Positions 40,701-52,526 of a stretch of DNA of 64,000 nt are shown piece by piece. The DNA comes from Octopus vulgaris (Eukaryota), in contig OX597814.1 in assembly GCA_951406725.2 (NCBI GenBank), forward strand, positions 167,462,001 to 167,526,000, in the 5' to 3' direction. Each line of letters starts with the position of its first letter. Within the stretch, counting starts at the first letter, position 1. Both the position numbers and the translations under genes were made by a program. A model generated the notes under the pieces. The model was not told the origin of the DNA. It made no database searches and was given only the letters and a program-made list of their open reading frames with translations.

Positions 40701-42472
40701 TTCAAAAATAGATGGAATTCCAGGTGAAAGGGTGGCTGGATTGTAAAACATTGATTCAAATAGCTATGTATTATGAACGTTGAGTATTCTATTACATATC
40801 AATTACAATTAAAAAAGAACAAAAAATTCCAAATACTAATTAGAGAACTCTTGTATGCAGATGATGTTGACTTTTTGGCTCACTCTCAGGATGACATGCA
40901 GCACATCATGGATTGTTTTGCAGCATCTTGTAATGCCTTTAGCATGGAAATTAATTTTAAAAAGACCAAGATAATGTTCACCCCATCACCAGGGGAAGCA
41001 TATATCGAGCCAAATATAATGGTGCATGGAACTAGGTTGGGTGTAGTTGACACTTTTGTTTACCTGGGTAGTACATTATCAAGGGATGGTTCACTGGATG
41101 CAGAAATACACCTGCACATTCAGAAGGCCTCTGTAGCCTGTGAAAAACTCGAAAAGAGAGGGTGGGCAGATCATGGCATCAATATCAAAAACAAGGCCTG
41201 CATTCTGAGTGCTCTGTTGTAGTCTTTGGAAATGTGGACAGTACATCGTAAGCACCTTAATTTGCTTGAACACTTTAACCAAAAGTATTTTTTAAAAATC
41301 CTAAACATCAAATGGCAACAGAAAATATCTGATACACAAATCCTCTTAGATGCTGGCTGCACAAGCATTGAATCTACCATCATATCCTCTCAAATACATT
41401 GGGTAGGCCATGTTGTGCACATGAATGAGGAAAGACTCCCAAAACAACTATTTTACAGTCAATTGCACATGGGAAGACGGCAATCATCTACAGAGATGAA
41501 GCAATCACTATGTGTGTATGCGTGTGTGTGTGTGTGTGTGTGTATTACATGGCAGAATGGATAACTTGACTAAAATTATAAAAACTTCCAAACTTGAAAG
41601 ATTCATAAAATGACTGTGATTTCCATTTTTGGCAAGAAAATCTATATTTTTGCGGAAATTTTTAATAAAATCAGAATGAGTGCATCAAGCCAAAAGGATC
41701 CAAGTACTCTTAATTATTTTAAGTTGATAAATTCAGAGAGAGTGTAAGACTAATTAGATTGGTTTTGTTATTTGTTGGATATCTTGGCAATATTGTTTTT
41801 TTCATTTTTTGAGAGCTTAGTTAACTGTAGAATTCTATCAAAATGTATTTTCCTTACAGGTTGTTGCTATGGAGCCACAATCAATGGTTTTTACTATTCC
41901 AATCTTTGAACCATTACCAAATCAGTACTACATTCACATTTGTTCAGATCGTTGGATTGGCTCTGAGAATGTTTTGCCAATATCTTTTCAACATTTGATC
42001 CTTCCCGAAAGGCATCCTCCTCACACAAGTAAGTTTCTTCTTGCAATCTCTACTATCTTTTATTTTAAATAAAATAATTTTTACCTTTTTTTACTTGTCT
42101 TAGTCATTAGACTGTGCCCATGCTGGGGCGCTGCTTTGAAGAATTTTAGTCAAATGAATCATCCCCAGTACTTAGTATTTTTTTTGTAAAGCCTGATACT
42201 TATTCTATCAGTCATCTTTGCTGAACCGCTTAATACACCAACACCAGTAGTCAAGCAGTTGTTGAGGACAAACACATACACACACACACACATTTATATA
42301 CATATATATACTAGTAGAGACACTCACTACACTCTTGGAGTGGTTGGCGTTAGGAAGGGCATCCAGCTGTAGAAACTCAGCCAGATCAGACTGGTGTAGC
42401 CATCTGGCTCGCCAGTCCTCAGTCAAACTGTCCAACCCATGCCAGCATGGAAAGCAGACGTTAAACGATGAT

Positions 42473-42515
<43 letters not shown>

Positions 42516-42686
42516 AGAGTTTACGAAAAAAACAAAAGACAAAGACAGGTGGTGTACAAAACAAACAAATGTATTAGTATAACGCTCAGGAATAGAAAAA
42601 GTCTTTTACATTTCGAGCCTACGCTCTTCTACAGAAAGGGACGGAGAGAAAAAAATGTGTGTAGTGGCTAACGATCTATCATGGCG

Positions 42687-42727
<41 letters not shown>

Positions 42728-45202
42728 CAGGTTGGTGCAAAAGTAATGACCGATTTTAAGTCTCTACTAAAAATGAAAAAGCCCATCGTTAAAACAATAT
42801 TTATTCGTTAATGTAATTTTCATTGATTTCTAGAACTTCATTCCATCTGTCAACTAGCTTGTAAATGCCACACTTGTAAAATTGTTTAAGTTTTGATGCA
42901 AAATATGAATCCAACTTGATGTCAACCTAAGACCATTCAAATGGTTCTGTAGTCCCCAAAACAAGTGATAATCAGAAGGAGCAAGGTCAGGAGAATATGG
43001 AGGATGAAGCAATATTATCCGACTAAGCTCTTCCAAGAGACCTTTGGTCAGTCAAGCTGTGTAACTAAGCCGTGTCACTTTTTGTTCTAAGCTGCTTTCA
43101 AATGATGAAGTCGATTACAGTAGAGATTAGCAGTAATTGTTTGATTGTTGTCTAACAGTTCATAATGGACAATTCCTTCAGTATCCCACCATACACTCAA
43201 CATGATTTTCCTTGGATGAAGTCCTCCTCTTGGTTGTTGAACAGGTCTTCCTCCGCAACTGATCCAAACGGCAGTGTTTAATGTTATAGTAAAGGATCCA
43301 CTTCTCATCACCTGTAATAAACCTTCCTAAAAATGGTCCCTTAAGGTGTTGTGAAAGCAATGACTGACAACAAACAACATGCTGTTGTAGATTCTCTGGA
43401 GACAGTTCATGCGGGACCCATTTTCCAACCACTGAAACCTTTCCAATCCTTTTCAGTTGGCGTAGAACAGCTGTATGGGCTACGTTAAACTGTTCTGAAA
43501 GTTCTCTACAAGTAGTGGTTGGATATTCTGTGACAACAGTTTCCAACACTTCGGAATCTAGTTGTTTTGAACGACTTTCTTTTGGCTCGCCTTTCAAACT
43601 TCAATCCCCACTTCTGAAGCAAGAAAACCATCTTCCTGCAAATTCTTTCACTCCCTATATCATCCCTATAAACTCTCTGAAGAGACTTTCCTGCTGTGCT
43701 TATATTGACACCTTGTGATCTTTAGATGGAACAAGCATGGGTGTGAATATAGCAGAAGATTATGGCCTATTGGCTATTCTGCTAATCAGAATCTGAACAA
43801 AAAATGTATAAATTACTCATTGTGACATTCTTAAAACATTGCAAGAGGTACCATTTTGAAAAATACTATCTAAAACTGTTTTCTAAAAAATCGGCCATTA
43901 CTTTTGCACCAACCTGATATATATGTAAGTGTGTGTGTGTGTGTGTGTGTATGAATACCCCTCATTCATTGGACAATAAGCTTTGCTTGCAAAGATCTAT
44001 TGAGGCAAGTGAAATCAAAATCAAAGTCACTGACGTGGCCGATGACAGTACCACCTGAGTGGCACTTGTGCCAGTGGAATGTTAAAAGCACATCCGAGCA
44101 TGGGATGTAACCAGCCCATTTATGAGCACCCCTCATTCATTGGACAGTAAACTTTACTTGCGAAGACCTATTAAGGCAAGTGAAATCAAATTAAAATCAC
44201 TGACATGGTCGATGACAGTACCGCCTGAGTGGCACTTGTGCCAGTGGAACATTAAAAGCACATCTAAGCGTGATCGTTGCCAGGGCCACAGATTGGCTCC
44301 CGTGCCAGTGACACACAAAAAGCACCATTCAAGCGTGATTGTTGCCAGTGTCATCTTACTGGCACATGTGCAGGTGGCACATGAAAAACAACATTCAAGC
44401 ATGGTGGTTGCCTGTGCTGCCGGACTGGCTCCCTTGCAGGTAGCACGTAAAAAACACCTTTTGAGCGTAGTCATTGCTAGAACTGTCTGACTGGCCCTCA
44501 TGCTGGTGACACATAAAAGCACCCGCTACATCTCAGAGTGGTTGGCATTAGGAAGGGCATCCAGCTATAGAAACTTTGCCAGAACAGATTGAGCCTAGTG
44601 CAGCCTTCTGACTCACCAGTCCTCAGTCAAGCCGTCCAACCTGTGCCAGCATGGAAAGCAGACGTTAAACGACGACAACAATTATATATATATACTGCAG
44701 GCTAGCAAATTTAGACAAACTGCAAGCTAGCAAACTTAGACAAACCGTGAGCTAGCAAATTTAGATGAACCGTGAGCTAGCAAATTTAGACGAACCGCGA
44801 GCTAGCAAATTTAGATGGGAGCATCTTCTGGATTTGTATTCTTTCGGGGGAGTTATTAAAATCGAGTAGGAGAATCCAAGTGCATGCACTAGTTTATATA
44901 GAGTGGTGGTGGTGATGGAAGAGGGGGATGTTGGTGAATCAAGTGGTAAATTGAAAGAGAGAGACAGTGGAGCAGAGAGACAGAGAGGAGCGGGCAGAGT
45001 TAAGGTGGTCAGGCATGGAACACAAGGGAGAAAAATATTCTTTGGAATTTTGGGTAACATAATTTAATGAAACAACAAATACATATATATATGCATGTAT
45101 ATATATATATGCATATGTATATATATGTGTGTGTGTGTGTGGGTGTGTATAAATAGATAGATATATATATATAGACACATATACACACTTATGTATGTAT
45201 AC

Positions 45203-45245
<43 letters not shown>

Positions 45246-48200
45246 CATACATACATACATACAAACATGTAAATAAATATATTTTGAAAGTAATTGAAAT
45301 TGAAACCATATAATAGTGAAAGTATTTATAGAGATGTTATTGTTTCACTTTGGACACGTAATACGGAAACAGTGTAAGAGATAAGAGGTTGCTCTGGGCT
45401 TGCATTAGGCAAGAAGTTGAACATTTTTTTGGGCCCATAACACTGCATAGACCTTAAGTAAGGCATGTGTAAAATCTGAATGAAATCCATTGGGTGATTC
45501 TCGAGTTTTAGTGAAGCACACAGACAGACAAACACACATTCTCAGCTTTATATTTACAGATGGCTTTGGTTGGCCTGAGGCTATACTAGAAGACATTTGC
45601 CACAATGGAATTGAACCCAAAACCATGTGGTTAGGAAGCAAACTTGTTGTCACACAGCCACGTCTGTGTTTATAAATAATAAATGAAAAAACAAGTAATT
45701 TTAATTAAAGAATTTACATGATTAATGAATACATTCAACACACTTTGTTAAAAATTTGGATTTCCTTTTTCCTGGAAACATGTTAAATTAGTAGTTGTAA
45801 TTTTGATTTCCTTTTCCCGTTTAGAAATGTATTTGATTCTTCTTGTTTAAACTACTAAATTGATTTTAGATGTAAGACAAAATTTCCCCTTTAATTGTTT
45901 TCCACCTTGCTGTGAGGTTATTAAAGATGCATGAATTAGGAATTGTTAACTCACTTATTGATCTTCCTTCATTCAGCTTTGTCTTGAGGCAATTGTGTAA
46001 TTAGCTCTCGTTTAACTCTCCTATTATAAGTCTTTGCATTTCATTGGTTTCTTCTAGGTTCTACAATAATTAGATTGAAATAATACTTCATAAGAAATAA
46101 AAACACCAGAGATTGAGGAAATTAAGGATTCTCTGCATTACTGAATACCATTTCAATAAAATCCGTGAAATAAAATACATTTTTTAAAAATAAAGAGCCC
46201 AATAGAATTCTGTAACTTCTTTTCATTATCCCTATTAATCATTCTAATTATGATAATAGCAATCCAATTGTCTTCATTATATAGAACAACTGATACAGAT
46301 AATTGCTTTATATTGGCTTTATCTTGATCTTCTTCAAATTAAGATAGATTTCACATCCACATTACAGTTGAGTGACTTGTTTTAGGAATTTGAATTTAGA
46401 TATCCAGGTCATTCAAATTTGGAGTTGTATTCATCCCATCTTATATTTAAAATGAGTTTAAAAGTCCTGTTTTTTTTTTTAATTATATTGTTTCAGTGTT
46501 AGTGTAAAATTATTGTTACTTTAGGTTCAGTTGTTTTTAAGAGTTATCTGCCAGTCTCTTTTTTTTAATGATAATTTTAGCATATTTCCATTTGTAATAG
46601 TGCAGTTTTTTTTTTTCCTTATATATACTATATTATTGGTGGCACTATTTTAAAGTAGCTAAAAATCTTAATATATAATTCTTGGTTTATCTCATTGGGG
46701 CAATCTGTATAAATTTTAAAGTAAAATGCTAGTTGACATGGAAGACAACAAACTTTGTTAGCTACTAATAGTACTAAAACATTTTATTGTATAATTAATG
46801 ATGATTTTCCTATTCTAGATTAGAATAAATCAAAACAAGACATTTGTAATAAATCAGCTTTACTTTAGTTAGCATCCTATCTTATATATCAATTCTAAAT
46901 ACAAATAAATGAATTAAGAGATTTCTTTACAAATTAAAACTGAAACTATATTCTTGACAGAGAATGATTTTTTTTAAACTTTATATGTTGCTTCTTCCTT
47001 CAATATAGCATCAAAACTTAAAAATCATATCATCCTATTTACTCTCTATGTTAAAATAAAATTGGCCTGTCCATTGCAAATATAGATATATCTTCTCATT
47101 TTCAATTTTTTTCCACTTGCTGGGTGTGGAGGAAGAGATAGTGCTTATGATCTTTACAGGCTCTCCAAGACTGATGAGATTGCTGTCATTAATGTTCCAT
47201 TTAAACTGTTGCAAGCAAACACCTGCAAGAAAGACACGGGCAGGGAGGAGATTCCAGAGGGATGAAGTTCTGGGAGGAAAGACTAGGCATAGCAAGGTGC
47301 TGGGGGCAGAGTTAGACACAACAAGGGTCATAAGAAGTGGGGAGACATCCTATGTTAGGGCTGTACTTCCACCAGGACAGATCTTCAGTAATAGTGAGGC
47401 CTAGTTTTTGGCCATGAAAGCTCCTGGTGAGTGCCACTCATGTTTTAGTTGTTTAGTTTGTTTTTTTTTGGGGGTCTTAACTTTTTTTTTTTATTGTACC
47501 TAAGTGGGTTGGGAGTGCCTGAGTGGTGGAGGTACAAGATTAGAGAGCTCTGAGGAATAAAAACCTTTATAATAGCAATAGAAAAGACAGAAGAGATAGT
47601 ATCCCTTTGAGCTGGAGCATGTCTGTGAGTGTTTTAATGTCAGTCAGTTGAGTGGCTCTTCTCTGGATGTGTTTCAAGATTTTTGTGTGTATAGTAGTAA
47701 CACTGTCCCACATGTGAGAGCAACACTCCATTGTGAACCTCACTTGAGCTTTGGGGAGTGTTTGCAAATTTTGGGGCTGAAATATCTTCTGGCTTTAATG
47801 GCTTGATGAGAAGTGTCATTCTTTTGGATATTATCTTAGCTATGTTAAGGAAGTGCTTTTACCAGAAGAGATCCTCGGTGATGGTGAGACTTTGGATCTG
47901 GAGTGACTGAAGGCTGTAAGCTGAGTTCTGCTCATATTTAGTTGTTTCTGTTTGTTCATATTTTAGTTTTCGCTAATTTACAATATCACAACTGGCACAT
48001 GTGAAAACTATTCTAGAACATACAATTATTTATTTTCCAATATGAAATACGAATTTCATAATTTTATTTGAAACTTACAGTTTCGCTAATTTGTGTGCAT
48101 TCTACTTATATAAAATATTTCAAAGAGCACTAAATAGTTGATCAGCTGATTAAGTTTGTTTTCTACTGATTTACTTTCTGTGTTTGAAATAAGGCCAAAA

Positions 48201-50212
48201 TGTTCAGGATCCCTATTTTTAAAAAATATTTTCATTAGTAAATTGAATTTGTCTTTATATCCTAATTACCTTGTCTTTTAACTAAATAGCTATATTTTTC
48301 AGTTCAGTACTAATTATTGATTATGTTGTTTAATGTGTTGGTCAGTTTTAATCTTAAAAATACGTGGGTTGATGTCAACTAATGCATTATTCAGTTAACA
48401 CATTACATTAAGATCAGTAATCTCATCTGTTCTTTACGTTATAGTAATTTGCTAAATAATAATTAGAATTTAAAAAATGTATTTTCTATAAATTTGCTTA
48501 TTATTCTTTTGCAGAGCTTTTGGATTTGAATCCATTACCAAAGACTGCTTTGAAAAACAAAGATTATGAAGACTTATATAAATTTAGTCACTTCAATCCA
48601 GTGCAGACACAAATTTTTCACTCACTTTACCACACTGACTCCAACATTCTTATAGGAGCACCAACAGGTTCTGGCAAAACAGTTGCTGCAGAAATTGCTA
48701 TCTTTAGAGTGTTCCAGGTTTACAAGAAGGCTAAGGTATTTTCATAATTAAATCAAAACTGCTTCTACTCACCCTTAGACATCATTATCATTGCTGTCAT
48801 CATCATCATCATCATCACATCAATTTTATTTTTGTGTTGGCACAAATTAAATGGGTATGTAGTACTGTGTATAAATGATTTATCAAACTGAGTCCTCTCA
48901 GTTATGAGTCTTCACTTTCTGAAATATGTCATCACTTCTTTTGACGATTTCCTTGTGCTTTTTCAGTTTAGCAGATGTTGATTCTTCTTCTTTCCTTAGC
49001 AACTTTTTCACTTCTCTTCTATTCAGTTTTGCATATCTTTATCAATTGTATTTAATTCTTTCCTCTTTAGTCTCCGCTAATCTTCACACAACACACACAG
49101 TACCATATAACATTTACTTTTTATATATCCTTCATACAGCTTACTATTTGCTACCATCAGAAACACCACTTCTCTAATCTTTTCCCTCGTCAACCTTTTT
49201 TAAAATTTTTTTGTAACATTAGCTACTATATAATCACCAGTATCACTTCCAACTTTAATTATATTATTTAGTGGGAAGCAATTCATCCAGCTCATTTGTA
49301 CATGATGTACAGGTTTTCTCTCTGGTATCTATATCATTTGTTGGCATTCATTCCCAAAAGATATGTATGTAAACTCACACTCTTACAAGGCTTTTTCACG
49401 GTGTCTGTACATTTCCATTTGTAAGGCATTGGTCAACCTGAAGTTAGAGCAGAGGACACTTGCCCAAGGTGCCACCCAATGAGAGTGTAAGGCATTGGTC
49501 ATCCTGAGGTTAGAACTGAGGACACTTGCCCAAAGAGCTACCTAGAACCACATAGTTTTGAAGCAAACTTCTTAACTTTATGACCACGCCTGCATCTCTA
49601 ACTCTGCATAATTTCTTCTAAAGAAATTATTCATTGATTTAATTTAATTAACTCATCTCAGTCTCTTCCTGCTGCATGCATCTTCAACTGTGCAGGTATG
49701 GTACAAAAACCTTCCTCTCTTGTTTTGATGCATATTAACTAGTAAAGCTGAGCTGGTGATAATGATGTTTTTATGTAGATAATGTTTTATGTTTTTGTTT
49801 TCTATTAGCATCAGAGTTTGGACTGGTGCACATTGTGTGTTTGCTGTTGAAATGTGTCACCCTGTAAAAGGTGGGGGGTTTCTTTGCCGTGCCCTGTATT
49901 TGTCATATGCATCAACAATAGCATACCCAGTCCACATAAAATGTACTGGTCCACATAACAATCACCTGTGCTGGTGTTAGGAAGGGCATCCAACCATAGA
50001 AGCCATGCCAAATCAGTTTGTCAGTTCATGTTAAACCATCCATCCCATGCCAGCATGAATAGAGGGGCATTAAATGATGACAATAGTGTTGATAATGAAC
50101 ATGTGATAAGCATTACCCTGGTCTTTCTTTCTAAATGACAGGATTTCCTTTGCACTAATTAAACCTAGTCTAAACTTAACATATTTCCCTCCATATTTCA
50201 CTTAATTTGCTC

Positions 50213-50249
<37 letters not shown>

Positions 50250-52491
50250 TTGGAATTCTACAAGCACGTTCTTTGTCTAAGCTTCAAATAATTGTGTAGA
50301 ACTTTTTAACCATCTTTTACAAAGGTTCCGCAGAAACTAGTGTTGGCGTGCTTTGTCAAAAATTATTTAAATAAGTTCATATCCACTTCAAATGTCATGA
50401 GTACTACTAAGCAAATGCTTAGTACTTTACTAAACATGAACATTTTTCTAGTTTTCAAATAAGAGCTTTGATTGAAATATCAGTATTCATGCCACTTGGT
50501 TGTGTATTTCTAGCCTGGTTTTGTTTTTAAACAAAAATATTGTCTGTCTCTTTGAGAATATCTAAAGAACATCAATGTGCAATAATAACTTTTCCAGATT
50601 TTTCTTTTTTATTCATATGTGCCTGATTGTATTGTTTTGAGTGCTGAACCGCTCTCTGTTCTGGAAACTTGGAAACTCTTTCTAGAACATTTTATTTCTT
50701 TAATTTCTAATAACATCTGCTGTAGAAAATTATACTTATGTCTCTAAACTGCAAAATGTAAAACAATTTAACTATTTTCATTCAGTTTCACTGGGTCCAT
50801 TGTTAATGTGCTGAAGTACTTAGTAACTGACATTGTGTTGAGTAAAAACACTATTTTTCTTATACCTAACTGTCTGCATAGGTAAAATAAATGCCACTCC
50901 CATTATTGTGACTACAATAGTAGGTTAAAATTTTAATTATGCAATTATTGGCATGCTATTATTAAACAGACACAAACACTCTTTCCCTCTCTCTCTCATT
51001 CCAAATGGTTCATATTAGACATCCAATGCTGGAATTATCATACATTCCAAGCTAACATAAAAAAAAAACACTAAATGGTAGAAATAAAAATATCTTATCT
51101 ATCCCTTTACTTCTGTACAGCTATTTTCTAATGCTTTAATTTTTTTCAGGCTGTTTACATTGCACCACTAAAAGCTTTAGTCAGAGAAAGAATAACTGAT
51201 TGGAAAGTGAGAATTGAACAGAAACTGGGTAAAAAGTAAGTTTCGTGATTTCAAAGCATTAAATTTGCCAAGTTATTGCAGTATTTATTTATTTATTCAT
51301 TTATTTTGATAATGACTTAGAGGAGAAAGGACAACTCCCATGATCTGTTTCAGAGTCTTTGAGATTGGTGAGAGGACAGCAGGAGACCAAAGACCTGGTC
51401 TGCATGCTTATAAAAGAGTGGCTTTTATAAGGCATCGATTGATCTGAGGCTAATGTAAAAAAAAACACTTGCTGAAGAAGATGCAGTAGAATTGAATCTG
51501 AAACCGCATGTGAGAGGGTGCTGAAAAGTCCTTGGCTTTAAGGGTATCACAAAAGGCCTGGTTGGAGGATCAACCCTTTGAGTTCTTTTACAGGGCTTAG
51601 AAAGACAGGAGGACTGTTGCAATAAGTGTGTGACTCTGAGAATGGAATATGTTGGATAAAACCATCATAAACTAATTCTCATGTATTTTCTTTTACCCAA
51701 AGCCAGGAACTTTTCAGCACCTCCCTCATAGTTGTGAAGCAGATTTCTGACTGAACCACATGATCATGACGGTGTCAGCTCTGATCGAGCTAATATATGA
51801 TGAAAGCCAACCTTTCCAGCATTTATTCCGATACAGTATATCTCAGAATACTTTACCTGATGTGTCCTTCATTTTGTTAAAGTCAGTAGGGGTGATTTGA
51901 GAAAGATTTAGTTGCTCTTTGTAGCAGATATCTCAGATTGAAAAATAGTGAGATGAGCAATAACTACCAGCAAACTGTATACAAAACGAGCAATTTATTA
52001 CTTCTTTCTTGAGTTATTAAATTTAATAACTTAATGTAAGCAACTTATTATATTGAACAATAATCATTACAAATTTATTATTAGGTATATCAAGGTATTA
52101 TAGTAGAATCACTAGAGCAGCAGGTAGAATAGCTGGCGGTATTTAGTTATGTCCCCTTATGTTTTGAGCTTAGCTTTTCGTTTTCCAGATACATTCAAAA
52201 TATAGTTACAGTTGGTGAAATAAGAACTAGCCAAGTACTGGAGATCAGTCTCCTATACTAACATATATACTCGTGTAAAATTTGAATTTTTTAGACCATT
52301 TTTTATGGTCAAATTTATTGGGTCAACTATTACATTCTAGCTGAAATTCATGCTAGAATCCCAAGTACCGTATCAGCAGCAGAAACCCAACTGATCTCGA
52401 AGGAAATAAAAGCAAAGACAATGAATTGCAATAATATTACCAAGTTACATATATATATATATATACATACATACATATAATATATATATAT

Positions 52492-52526
<35 letters not shown>

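Noticed and set aside
43951-44530. CRISPR array
   Set aside because: Eukaryotic intron, no cas genes, linkers homologous to each other, and the array is part of a LINE 3' UTR.
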